From assembly GCF_037042905.1 (NCBI RefSeq), contig NC_087245.1, positions 32,366,001-32,430,000 on the forward strand: a DNA stretch of 64,000 bases, written 5' to 3'. The DNA comes from Lytechinus pictus (lineage: Eukaryota). The notes beneath the pieces were generated by a model, which was given only the letters and a program-made list of their open reading frames with translations, did not search any database and was not told the DNA's origin. Each line of letters opens with the position of its first letter. Within the stretch, counting starts at the first letter, position 1. Both the position numbers and the translations under genes were made by a program. This document shows, one piece after another, positions 38,272 through 51,400 of this stretch.

Positions 38272-38841
38272 CTTGTGAAATAAGCAAAGTTAAATTAATC
38301 ATCAAAAATTCATCTAGATTAGCTGATGCTACACGGATCAATCCTACAGTTTGAGTATATTTAGAACGGAAACTAATTGTCTTTTCAACTAGGAATGTAT
38401 ATTTTCTACTGGAGTATGACTTTTCTTGTGATCCTACTGATCCTATATTCAATTCAAATATTGTTGCCTAATTTTGGTCATTTTTAATTTTATTCCTTGA
38501 CCTTGATTAGTACATTTTTCACCAATGTGATAATAGATAAAATAATGAAAACGTTTTCATTATGCAGGTATTGATTTTCATTGTTATTCACTGACAAGAT
38601 TGTTATTGATTATCATAAAAAAGAAGAAGTCCATCTGCAAATGACAGGTATTCTACTTCAAGAAAATAACTTTGAATGAATTCTGATATTACCTTTATAT
38701 TTGGTAGATGTTTTGATGGCTTACAGAACTGAAACCCTAGTAAATTTACCAAACCAAAGTTGATAGACTGTATTTTACCTAGATTTTGTTGATGATATTT
38801 AATTAATGATTATCATAATGTACTTTTTATGGAAGCTTTAC

Positions 38842-38966
38842 CTTTGCAAGGTCTGTTGGTTGTATCTCAGCTGTGCGTTCTCCACACTCTTGTACACTCA
38901 CTTCTCCCCAATAGGCATCCTTTCTACGGTTACCATGGCATTGTCGTTCTGCTACCGGTTGGCCAG
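38842..38966 (-). CDS. Adhesion GPCR exon D: second half of HRM-like domain (AERQCHG..AYWGEVSVQEC)
   Basis: 125 bp, phase 1 to 0; A.R.C....W......C pattern. Confidence 0.85.
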
Positions 38967-39385
38967 CTGTAAACAAAAATATATTTGTTATCTAATTTAG
39001 TGTGTTTTGATATCATCTTATGTACCCTTAATATTCTTTTTTCAATCATCTGACCGATGAATTCAATTTCAAGATGTGATAGCCTGCAAATGAAAAGGGC
39101 AGTTCCAAGGAGCATGTTTCATCAACATTTATGTTTGAAAGTTATTGTATACGACAACTTTTCTTGGCGGGGAGTGCTTCGTCAACATTTACGTTTGAAA
39201 AGTTGTCCGATCTGACTACTTTCCTTGATTTTGATTGGGCGAGGCACTTCAGATCGTTTTGAATTAAACAATAAACTGCAGTGAAAGATTTATTTCGCAT
39301 CCAATCCAATTGCATTCCAAACCTATGTCTTGAATGATAAATACTTTTTGCATTACTGAGTATGGCATTTAACTGTAGTACAAAC

Positions 39386-39499
39386 CTTTAAGAGTGTTGA
39401 ATGGACATACAACATTTGATGGAACTCTGGTATTCTCGGTGGCTTCACTCCATATTAGCGGTCCATGAAATGACTCAGTTCTTTCCCAAGGACATGTCC
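39386..39499 (-). CDS. Adhesion GPCR exon C: first half of hormone-receptor-motif (HRM)-like domain (TCPWERT..LIWSEA..VCPFNTLK)
   Basis: 114 bp, phase 1 to 1; C..W..CP pattern; acceptor cctacag, donor gtttgt. Confidence 0.82.
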
Positions 39500-40068
39500 C
39501 TGTAGGTGGCAAAAAGATCAATATATTTCAATACGCAATGGTTGAATAGTCAACGGAGCCCAGTAAATATACATAAACACAAACATATTTGCCGGCTGTT
39601 GAATATACCTCATGGTTTTTTCCAATATCTATGACTTCAGAGCAAAAACTGTACCGCTCCAGTGTTAAATGTTTGGTGTTATTTCAATAGCTATGGGGAT
39701 TATTACAACACATTTGGATGTTACTTATACACTCTTTGGCATTATTTTCAATCTCTAGGGTGTAATTCTAATACTTCATGGTGTGGTCCTATATGGACAC
39801 CAACTACTGTCAGTTTTAAACACCAAAGTTTTTCCATTGTTGGCTTTTAAGACTTGGAGTAACTGTATCGCAGTATCAATCCGTTTTATTTTGCGATAAC
39901 TAATAGTAGTACGAACTATTTTTATATTTAAGCCACAACATGTGTCTATCTCATTATCTCTTTTTCTAATGGATTTAGTACAATGGTCTAAAAAATATGC
40001 CTTCAGATATGACAGTAATGTTTACAGATAAATCCAACCCCACCACTGCGGAAAACACTGCGACTTAC

Positions 40069-40333
40069 TTCTGCGCAGACTTGAACAGGGTACTTCAACA
40101 GCCTGGTGTGGTGGTGCAGGACTCAGATCGATGCATGTTATTGGATGCATACTAAAACCGGCATTGTACAGGTAACCCAAGCGTTCTCCAACCCCGTAAA
40201 CGATGACAGTAAATAATGCCTCCTCTGCTGAAACACTTTGAAATACATGACTACCGCCCTCTACGGTTGCCCAACGATTGCAGATCTGTCGGTTGTCGCT
40301 TGTTACGTAATCGTACTCGATGATCCATGGGAC
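40069..40333 (-). CDS. Adhesion GPCR exon B: end of IgGFc-binding-like domain (FTVIVYGVGERLGYLYNAG) plus linker
   Basis: 265 bp, phase 0 to 1, open; the VYG..GY.Y.AG motif closes the domain. Confidence 0.88.
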
Positions 40334-41042
40334 CTAATTCATTGAGTTGATAAGAAAGCAAAAACCATAGGCAAATTTTTTTTACTCAGATGTTTATATG
40401 GGGTTGTAATGTAAAACAATGAAGACGAGAAAAACCTAACTGGAAACATGCATGTAACCGTATCAGAAAAAAAAATCACCACACTGTGAAACACAGTGTG
40501 ATAACAATTGGAACATGTTTTCACACTGTAGTAGAGTATGTATGCCAACAGTGTGAAAAATTCACAGTGACATAAACAGAGTGGAAAATAATATTAATCA
40601 CACTGTGTTCAAATAGACATTCAACATTCCACTATGATCAAGTGGGGTTCTCTTTACTTTTGTCACTTTGTGTTATTAATGTTATTTAATATCATATAAG
40701 TCACTATGTGTTATTAAATTGTAAAAAAGTGTGCCACAGTTTGAGAACATGTTTTAAGTTATTACAGTGGAATGACTGTGGACACAGTGTGACCAAAATA
40801 TGTAAAAACATAGTGTTGAAAAACTGATTCTTTCTGGCATGAATGACTGCACCTTGACATCAACCCATCACATTTATCATCATCATAATATTTGGACGTG
40901 ACAATACTGGTTATCTATGAAAAACAACAGAGGCCATTTACCCATTTTCTGGAAATATGGAAGAGATTTTTACACAAAAAATTACATCATACAGTGCTGA
41001 ACAAATCCACAGAGTGAAAATCTTCATGGTGTGGAACTCTAT

Positions 41043-41226
41043 CAGGGGTGTGAGTGGTCACAAATAAAAAGATCTGAAAAAAGCTGAAGAGTGTTGAAAA
41101 AGTCTGAATAAAAAGAGCTCCCATACTTTTTGTACAGAGGAAAACCAAAAATATACTGAAATTAAGCTGAAAATCAAACCAAAAAATATCTGAAATCAGA
41201 TAAAAATCTGAAAACTCACACCCCTG
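41043..41226. mobile_element. hAT-like MITE with 6-bp TSD
   Basis: 13-bp perfect TIR CAGGGGTGTGAGT/ACTCACACCCCTG; CTCTAT on both flanks. Confidence 0.75.
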
Positions 41227-42157
41227 CTCTATGAACACACTGTGAATGAAGGCCAGTGGCTCTCTTCTTCAGAGAATGGTTCATATCTTCAATATGTGGG
41301 CACTATGTGAACACACTGTGACAAATGAATTTCATAGAGTTGCTAGAGTAGTTTTCCTACTACATGTCGATGTGACCAGTGTGTGTGCTATTATCACACA
41401 GTGAATAAGTAAAGTCACACAGTGAGAAATGTTTGACTGTGTTACAACTGTGTATGATATACACCTTAAACACTGTGCCCACATTATGTTCACAGTGAGG
41501 ACACACTGTGTTCAACCTGTGGTCACACTGTATTCATACAGTTGACTGTGTGTTGACTTTAAGAACACATTGTATTGACTGTGTGTTCTTTCCAGCAGGG
41601 AGGCCTTAGTATAGGGAATTCCATGAATCAGTTCATTGAAGTTAATAATTTGGTCTATCAGATTGTTACAACACTTGGTTTATTCATGGAGGTAGCTCCA
41701 TGGTTTATTAGCAGTACACTGAGTGTCACTTGATAACTGACCTGAAGGGGAGCACAAGTGCTGTCTTCGAATTTGGTAAACCATTTTTTTTTTACAGAGT
41801 CTTGTATATGCATTAATCAGATTCTTAATTCTTAATCTTAATAATCTTAATTTCTGCTGAATGAGTTCTGGTCAATCAACTTCAATTGAGCCACATCCAC
41901 AGTAAATAAGACTACCTGGTGTTTGGGTTTCATAATAACAAGTGACAGTTCCACCAAGTCTTAGGAGTTTCATTATTTGATGCATATGGATTCTGTCTTC
42001 AATTTCAATAAAGAAAAACATGCGTGTGCAAAGAAAAACTTCTGGGATGTTCTGAGTACTATAGGACTCGTATGGCCTTGCCTTCATGAAGGAAAAAAAT
42101 CCTTTCCTGCCCATCTGGTCATTCCAGAATTATGGATTGTGTTTAGATATCACTTAC

Positions 42158-43251
42158 CTCATTATATTTATGGTTGCCAAACTCTATGTTCTGAGATGCA
42201 TTGCATTCAGATATCACACCGACATATACAGTAGATATCCCTGCTGCGGGGAGGTCCAATACAGGAAATTCCACATGTGAAACATATTGCTCCCAAGGGG
42301 TGACTAAGAGCATTGCTGGATCACCCTGCTTTAGGTCTGTGGTCGTTCCTTTGGAGTATTGCATTACCATCACCGGGTTGGATGCCGATACCGAAGTCAT
42401 GATCTGACTGGTAACTCCCCCTAGATAATGCTCTCCCATGTTCAGGACTATTTCGTGAGACCCAAGAGATATTCTCGTGTTGTCCCTACCGGCAACGATT
42501 TGGTATTGGTATCCGGACAGCCGATTGACGAACGGGCTCAGCAGAAATGAATGTCCCCAGCGGTCGAAGGATATTAGCTGTTCAGCAATTTGGTCGCAAC
42601 GGCCATTGTTATTTGGCACGAAAGAACAAAGACCCCCACTGGTCACCGTAATCGATGCATTAGCTGTTATCCTTGTTCCGATGATATCGTCACGCAGGGG
42701 TTCAAGTTGGAATGTTTGATATGGCTTCAAGACATATACAAGTACACTTCCAGGAGAATACCATTGGCCATCAAATCCAACACTACCAGTTAGTGTTATA
42801 GACACCTCTGTGGGTTCGTCAAATGCTGACATCAAAACAACGCCCCCACTTGGTTGGGTTACAGTCGCGATAAAGTATTCCTTTCCCATATGCTTGGTGG
42901 GTATCACAGCGAACATCGCCATGGTGTAAGCTTTGTAATTGTAAGCTGATACTGAGACATCATAGTCAGACCTCACTACAATTGTAGTGTTTGCTACCCT
43001 TGCTTCACCGGTTGTGCCGGCAAGGTCGGGAGAAAGCACAAGGTCATATGGTGCAGATCCAGGTTCCACGGAGAAGTTGAAACCCACATTCCTCAAGGGC
43101 ACTGTGACCGTAACGGAAGTGACGTTGGCTGAAGCGGCCATTACCATTATGCCAACAGTAGGTCGACTCAGATCACCAACGTAATTTGGTGGTATTGCGA
43201 ACACAAATTCTCTACCGTGGTTGTCTGCTTCAAATGGTGCTACACGTAAAA
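42158..43251 (-). CDS. Adhesion GPCR exon A: most of an IgGFc-binding-protein N-terminal-like domain
   Basis: 1094-bp open exon, phase 1 to 0; motifs DNHGREFVF, HMGKEYFI, IIGTRITANASITVTSG, CDQIAEQL, WGHSFLLSP, ASNPVMVMQYSKG, GDPAMLLV typical of the IgGFc_binding domain; acceptor tttcacag, donor gtaagt. Confidence 0.88.
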
Positions 43252-44406
43252 CTGTGAAAGAGTAATGAGAAAGAAAACAATCATTAGTATGCTTGTCATT
43301 TATCAAATTCTTGGATGTATATACTATTCATCATTTTAGCATAAGATATATTAGAAACCCCGGGATAAGACTTGATAATCAGGGTTGGCCGGGGCTCAAT
43401 TACTTATTTCAATTACAATTACGTAATTGAAGAAATTTTCAACTACAATTACTTTTCAATTAAATTACATTATTTCAAATCACCAATTACTTTTGTCAGT
43501 TACAATTACAATGTCAACCCAAGAAAAGACTGGTCTGGGCCCGATGGTGTTAGTGGGCGTGTCCAACGTGCGCATCTGAACTCACTGCTCCGTACTGTAT
43601 GTTACTTTTCTTATGTATCTTTGCACTGTATATATGTTTCACATGTGATCTGTCTTACAGGTTGTGCTTTTAAATATATAGTTCATCTCAGTTCTGCATT
43701 CTGATTATTGCTAATTCATTGTTACTTCTTTGATGACGTGTATAATGTTTTGTAGAATTGAAAATAAACTTGAAACTTAAATTCGACTTCTGAACCATTA
43801 AATAGAGAACAAGTAATCAAATTACAGAATTGCTCTTATCCTTCATTCGTGCCTTCCATGTCTCCTTATAAACACAAACAACTGACACAAATGTAAGGAG
43901 TGATTATAGTAGTAGTAAGAGTAATAATAAATAATGATAATGAATAATAATAGCACCAGCAACTAGAGTAATAAACAATAATAATATCATCGTCAACGTG
44001 GTAATGGCCAAAGTAGAGTTGTGAATTTATATGTGAATTATGCTTCAAGTAATAAAAAATGAAAATTAATTAAATGATTAATGATCTCATTATACTCTTG
44101 TAATCAATTTATGTATAAGAATGAATATGGATTAAGTGCACACCAATATTTTGTATTTGTTTCTCCGTGATTTATGTATATTTTTTTAATCTGTTGTAAT
44201 TTGTATGTTTGCATGTAAACAAAATGCATTTCCATTAAGTTGGACGATAAAACAACCATATGTAAATATATATATATATACATATACATATATATAAACA
44301 ATAATAACCAACAATAAAAAAATAGAGACTGATGGACATCAACGACTGAGTCACCCTTACCTAGTTGTGCATATCAATGTTTTGTGAAAAATAAGCGAAA
44401 CTTTAA

Positions 44407-44867
44407 AGGACAACTCCACCCCAACAAAAAGTTGAATAAAAAGAGAAAAATCCAACAAGCATAACACTAAAACTTTCATCAAATCGGCATACAATATTTC
44501 ATATTTTTGATAGATTTGACAATAAGAACCAACTTGACTGAATCATATAGTATTATACAATGCTCATTCCGTGCACATGTTCAGGGGGAATTAATCGTTT
44601 ATTCACTTGACAATGAGGAGAAAAATAGAATATTCCCTATTTCATATAATAAAATACAAAATAAATAGTGAGTCGATGACGTCATCAGTCTCCTCATTTG
44701 CATACCCTCCAGGATGTGCATATAACTGTTTCGTGAAATTAAGCAAAATTTTAAAATGTCATAACTTTCTTATTTTACATCCGATTTTGATGAAATTTTC
44801 AGTGTTATGCTTGTTGGATTTTTTTCTTTTTATTAAAATCAACTTTTTGTTGGGGTGGACTTGTCCT
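44407..44867. mobile_element. Kolobok-type MITE (TTAA TSD) inserted into an older copy of the same family
   Basis: TTAA|AGGACAACTCCACCCC..GGGGTGGACTTGTCCT|TTAA; the host copy resumes and ends gacctttaa near 44987. Confidence 0.8.
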
Positions 44868-45039
44868 TTAAAATGTCATAACTTTCTTATTTTAAATCCG
44901 ATTTTAATGAATTTTTCAGCACTATGTTAGTTTGATTTTTCTCTATTTATTCAAGTCAGCATTTTCCTGGGTGGACTTGACCTTTAAGGGGGCATTAAAA
45001 AACTTCGGTGAGCTTTGAGGTATAGTGTCTATCTGTATT

Positions 45040-46548
45040 CAGTGGCGTACGTAACAGGCGGGGGGGGAGGGGGGCAAGTTGCCCCCCCTGGCGGATTTCA
45101 CCGGGAAAATAAAAGAAAAACGGGAAAAAGAAAAAAAAAGGAGGGAGAAAGAAAGGGAAAGGGGGAGGAAAGGGAAAAGGAAAGGAGAAAAAGGATTGAG
45201 AAGGGGGAAAAGGAAAGGGAAAGAAAAAAGTGAAAAGAAAACGAAGAACAAACTTTTTTTAATGGAAAAGGAAGGAAAGCGGGAAAATGTACGAAAGAAG
45301 AACATTTGAGAAAGAACAAATCATTCTGAAATAGGCCATATGTAATGCAATAGCACGGTGGGAAAAGATGACAAAATGGCAAACAGTAGCGGGAAACGAA
45401 GGTAGAATGTAATTAGTTAAGCTAAATTGGAAAACAAAGAAAAGGGACAAGAAAAAAAAATAACATGACCGGGCTGCCGATGATTGAAATTAAAGAGCGG
45501 GAAGAAAAAAGGACTGCATATTATACAACATTGTGATATAAGCTCGATAAATGTTATTCAAATAAGCTATACCTTTGCCCCAGACCCCACACAGTAGGGG
45601 CTCTTCATTTATAACCTTCAAATGGCTCTACAACGCCCATGTTCAACCACGTTCAATCACTGGCATACAGGCGAGGGGGGGGGGGGTCTTGGTTCCACAC
45701 CCAAGAGGAATTAAAGAAATTATACGACACAACGTATAATGAAATGAATGGAAACAATGAATTTGCTTAATATAATGGAAAAATCTCTCTTTGCACGCTG
45801 GCGACTTTTTACAAATTTTCCCCACATTGCTGTTTTGCCCCCCTCAAAACGCAACTGGGTTAAATAAATGTGTTGTGTAAAAGCTATATTCTGTATATGC
45901 CCGCAATTTGATTAAAATAGCGGCAAACTGCGAGGTTTAAATGGCTTTGATATCAAGAAGTTCCGGGGGCTCCGCCCATGATCCCAACCGCACAGCACCG
46001 CGTATGGAAGGGTTGGGCCATGGCCCCAAAAAGTTCTACAAACAATTAAAAAAAAAGGAGGAAAGAAAAGCAACGGAAAAGTGTAGCATATGATTTTATT
46101 TACTGAATATATAGCTCAAAAGTAGATTCTCATGAAAAGGTGATTTTTTTTCTCGCTCGCTTCGCTCGGGACTTATTTAAAGCAGCCTTTAGAACATGTG
46201 CTATACTGCGCCCATCGTTTTATTTTACTCTTCACGCTACTGCCGCAAAGAATCCTGTTCACAGTGGCGTACCGACCAACAAAGGAATCTAAAGAGAGAA
46301 GACATGTGAAATATATTGTTCTCTGGATATCATGTCAAAATCTATCACAAAATTGGATTTTAGGTCAAAACTTTTGCTCGCTCGCATTTTTTTTTCTAAA
46401 AATAAATTCTGCCCGATACACAATATCTGGCCTTCTCAAAGTAGTCGCCTCATTACACCATTACGCCTGTTCATGCCATGATATGACCGCGAAATTTTTG
46501 GCTCTTGCCCCCCCCCCCCCCTGGCCACCGACCCCTGTTACGCCGCTG
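45040..46548. mobile_element. 1.5-kb hAT-like non-autonomous element
   Basis: TIR CAGTGGCGTA / TACGCCGCTG; exact 8-bp TSD TCTGTATT (45032-45039 and 46549-46556). Confidence 0.88.
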
Positions 46549-47216
46549 TCTGTATTATTTAAATAAGATCTCCTTGATAACTTGATCATCATGGGAATAA
46601 ATTTATGCATATATTTAAGTGATTATTGCAATGGTGATAATAATCGTGATGATTATCATAATGATGATGATGATAGTGAAAATGATCATGAAAAACATGA
46701 AATGCAAATGAAATCTGAGGTAACAAATACACCCTGAAAATTCGATTTTACCGAGATTGGCTCACTCAAAATTGCACAATGAGGCGCCTTTAATTTCACT
46801 GCAGGTACCTTTTTCTTGACAGTTTATTGTTGATGCAGGATTAGGTAGAGGATTTGGGATGGTCTGATAGTTTTAATTGCGAATCTCAAAGAAGCGAAAG
46901 GGGGCATAATAAGGTTCGATGAGCTTTGAGGTATAGTGTCTTTCTACAATTCACGTCGTGTAAATAATACGGTTGCTGGGAATCTACCATCAAAATGAGT
47001 TCAACAAATCAGCTGATAGTTAAGTGGTAATTGAGCTGAATTTTTATTTCGTCTGAATTTTCTTTCTCTACTGCATTGACGCCAAATGGCGACACCTTGT
47101 TCTCGTGTTGCGGAATTATTCCTGTTCCGCAATCTTCTTTTTCTTCCCCCAAAATCCCATTCATTTCATACATAGTTGTTCACCCTGCCCCGGCCCCCAT
47201 TAGCTATATGCCCCAG

Positions 47217-47251
<35 letters not shown>

Positions 47252-47334
47252 GGTGAGAAGTTGTACTGTATGAGGTATAATGTATTATTCATTTCAACAT
47301 TTGAAAAGGAATATAGTTAATAGCGAGGCGAGCT

Positions 47335-47670
47335 GATAATAATAATAAAAATGTGAACATTTGTAATGCGCCAGTATCCATTAAAAAAATGTTCATGGCG
47401 CGATATAGAAAAGAAAATAAGAAAAAGGAAACCTTCTGGGGGGGGGGTAATAATTACTTCAAAGCTTGTGTGAATAACCAGGTTTTCAGAGAACTTTTGA
47501 AAATGGTGAGACAAGAAATATTGCGGGTTTCTTTTGGAAGTTTATTCCATAAGAGTGGCCCGGCATGTTGAAATGATCGATCCCCATGAATTATGAGATT
47601 GTGGTACAGCAAGTAAGGATGAACTAGCAGATCTAAGGTCGCGAGAGGGAATGTAAGGAGTAGTCAAGCT
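47335..47670 (-). mobile_element. L2-like LINE 3' fragment
   Basis: Translates to PYIPSRDLRS..(frameshift)..RSFQHAGPLLWNKLP..FKSSLKTWLF, then a (TTA)n tail. Confidence 0.8.
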
Positions 47671-48455
47671 AACTGCTAACTGATAAATCTTCTGTAGGCC
47701 TATATAGCACATTTTTTTAAAAAATGCATCCCAATGTATAATACTAAGTTCCATATTTATAGATTCATTTAATTATGTTTTATCTTTTAATTCCTCCTTC
47801 CCACGAAAAGGATAATGTGAAAAAGATCACACTGCATGTGCACATAACGACGCTTTGAACATTATGATAACATACGACTTTCTGAATATGTAGTTACAAG
47901 TATTAATTCATGCATCGACATAAGATCACGTTGGAATCTATGATGGAAAGTAAAAATGCTCGAGCCATATTTAAAACCTTTGGCGAAAACTGAAAGGAAA
48001 ATACGATACAATACAAAAATGGAGAGATCGAATGTAACGCTTGATAATTTGCAATTCGTAAACAACCCTGCTCCGAAGAAGTTAAAAAGAACTGCGAGTA
48101 TAGGCGGGACGGAGTGACGTCACATCCGCCTACCTAACGACGCAGCACTTTCCTCAGTGCGATGAAAACAAAGTATTGAAATAATGTCAGAAACACCACC
48201 AAGGGCGCCGGAAGCGGGGGGGGGGGGGGGGGGGGCAGGGGGGAGCACTTGCCCCCCCCCCCCAAATAAAATTGTGGGGGGTAAAACGAGATTTTGCCCC
48301 CCCCCCCAATGTGCCCGCCTAAAAGTAGAAAAATTATAAATTATTTAAGGACAAAAGTAAACGATGAAGGCACTTTTCTGCCTAAAAATTGTCATTTCCA
48401 TTGTCAAAAATGAAAAAATTTCGCCCCTGACGGGGCAATTACATTATCATAGTAA

Positions 48456-51400
48456 TAGGCCAAGAGCATTAGGTGTAACATGGAAATTTTTGGTAACAAG
48501 CTGATTTTTTTCAGGATAGGTCCAGAAATATGTCTAGAATAACATACTAAAAGTCCTTATATATCCTCCTTGAGGGTTTTCCGCAATCCAAGATGGCGTC
48601 CAAAATGGCCGCCATTCACAGAAAATTGACATAACCCACTCGTCATCCACCCTAGACATCCAATTTTGGTGCATATTTCATGGTTTAAAGGTGTAAAAAG
48701 AACTATTGATACTGGTTAGAGTGAACATAGGCAGACCAGTATATCTTGAATTCCAAGATGGCGTCTAAAATGGCCGCTAAAGCCTGAAAATCCACAATTT
48801 ATCGATTACTAATGTTAGTATCTTTAATTTTGTTTCTATCCAGTGGTGTTAAGGGTCAAGTAGTACATTTGGACAAGTTACAAGGACAGTCAGTGGTCAA
48901 GTATGTCCAACAATCCAAGATTGCTTCCAAAAATGGGGTCTTAAATTGTTGCTATTACTTACAAATGGACATAGTACATTTAATATCTGCTGGAGATATA
49001 TGATTGTGGTATCTAAACCATGGTTTAAAGGGTCAAATGATACATTAGGACAGGTTAAAAGGACAGTCAGTGGTCCAGTACGTAAAAAAATCAAAGATTT
49101 CTTAAAAAAATGGAGTTTAAATTTACTGCTGTTACTGAAAAATTGACATAAAAATCGAAGATGGCTTGTAAAAATGGAGTCTAAATTGAGATAGTTTATC
49201 ATCTACCTGGGAGATGATATGTTGGGGTCTAAAGGGTCTAATAATGCATTATGTCATAAAATCCAAGATGGCTTCCAAAAATGGGGTCTAAAATGGATGC
49301 TTTTACTTACAAATGGACATAGTTCATTATTTTGATATGTGCCTGGGATATATGATTTTGGTGTCAAAACGATTGTCTAAAGGGTCAAATAATATATTAT
49401 GAAAGTTCAAAGGACAGTCAGTGGTCCTACATGTCCAAAAATCCAAAATGGCTTTAAAAAATGGAGTCTAAATTAACTGTTGTTACTGAAAATGGACATA
49501 CTTCATTAAAAATCCACCTGAGAGATATGATTGTGGTGTCTATACTGTGGTTTAAAGGGTCAAATAATACATTAGGAAAAGTTAAAAGGACAGTCAGTGG
49601 TCAAGTATGTCCAAGAATCGAAGACGGCTTCTAAAAATGGAGTTTGAAATGGCTGTTTGTACATACTAATGGACATTGTTCATTTAATATCTGCCTGGCA
49701 GATATGATTTTTGGTGTGAAAACCATGATTTATAGAGCCAAATAATATATTGCCACAAGTTACAAGGACAGCCAGTGGTCCAGTATGTCCAAAAATCCAA
49801 GATGGCTTCCAAATATAAAATCTTAATTGACTGCTGTGACTGAAAAAAATTACAAATTCATTAAAAATCCACCTGAGAGATATGATTGTGGTGTCTATAC
49901 TATGTTTTCAAGGGTCAAATAATATTTTTTGACTGTTAGCAATGATATGCAGTTGTCCATTTTGCCTAAAAATCCCAGATGGCTTCCAAAACGGCGTCTT
50001 AATGAACAGCGTCTTAATAACTCCCATCACTTGAAAAAAGTGTTAATTCATAAAATATCCACCTGTGAGGAATAATTGCGGTATCAACGCTTAAATGCAT
50101 TGGGGAAAACTGATCCTATGACTTATGGTTTCAGGAACAGGTAACAGCAGGCATTTTTTTATTTTTATTTTACCCTCTTGGATTTTTGGCTCGGTGTAAA
50201 AATGGCAGAGGTAGAAATGGCAGAGGTAATATTGGCAGAGGTAAAAATGGCAGAGGTAAAAATGGCAGAGGAAAAAATGGCAGAGGTAAAAATGGCAGAG
50301 GTAAAAATGACAGAGGTAAAAATGGCAGAGGTAATATTGGCAGAGGTAAAATGGCAGGGGTTATAATGGGAGAGGTAAAAATGACAGCTCTAGTTAAAAT
50401 ATGGCCAGTCTTAAACCCCCATGCAATGAATTGTCAAAAAGCCCCCGCATGTACATACATTAAATAAGTGCTTGTCACGGTTAGGCATTTCATCATCATT
50501 ATGTCTTCATCGGCCTAACAATGCTATTTACGAATTCGTTGGAGGTGTACCGTGAACGCTTTTCAAAAAGAAATCAAACGACAGATATTTTTTCATTCAA
50601 TTTATCAGGAGCAAAATGAAACTGCACTATTCTCATTCATCATTTTATAACATTCCTTTTTGTCTGGCTGTTTTTTTTATATCTAAAGTTTCGCCAGGTT
50701 TACCGATGCAAAAAGGAGGAAGAGTAGACATAAGAGAGGTGGAGAGACAGAGAGGGTTAGGGGGCGGGGAAAAACATATAGAACATAGCGGGGAAAGCTT
50801 AGACGTTGAAATTGTCACGAATGATTGTGGTTAAATATTGTGTCCTTATATGTAATGTCGTCTGTGCTATTCTTTTTAAATAATTGAATGACAATAAGCA
50901 TGCGTTCCCAGGCTTGGCACTGAATATGAAACTGATTATTAAAATTAATAATAATCTTGCTTTGACTGGTAAACCAATTTGGGGTCGATCGAGGGGGACC
51001 GTCTGGTTCAGATTCTTTGCATAAAAGAAGACCCTGAAACTTTACCACTGCATCCAATATGCTATAAACGCTTTGATGGTCATAACCCTTGGAAGCGGAA
51101 GTACTGTTGGGTATTTTGTACACCATGAGCAGCACCCTCTTGGTAATTAGCTTGGTATACTAAAATGTAGAGATTTGATACAAATCTCTGTTATTTTTCA
51201 AACAGAAGAAAAAACATTGTATATTATCTAATTGTTATTATTTTTGTTGTAATTCTTTTTCTGACCTAAAAGAACTTCATTTAGTTGAAATATTTTTTTG
51301 TGTCGTTTTCCCCCTTCACCAAATCCCCTTTCATTTTGGAGTGAAAACTTTTTTTTCTCGGCTTTTTTTTTTTTTAAACCAGCACCCCATTTTTCACTAA

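Noticed and set aside
42310..42330. GDP motif suggesting a mucin/FCGBP GDPH autocatalytic cleavage site
   Set aside because: The sequence is GDPAM, part of the IgGFc-binding-like domain; there is no His and no VWD domain
42143..43306. 387-aa single-exon ORF as a stand-alone or horizontally acquired gene
   Set aside because: Bounded by canonical splice sites, and the domain is completed in phase by the next exon; the ORF-track start lies in intron sequence
46730..46800. Possible extra upstream GPCR exon
   Set aside because: Open frame but no polypyrimidine tract, a weak donor and no recognisable motif
50815..51135. 106-aa ORF inside the nested element as a possible transposase or cargo gene
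   Set aside because: No recognisable motif; it cannot be supported without a homology search
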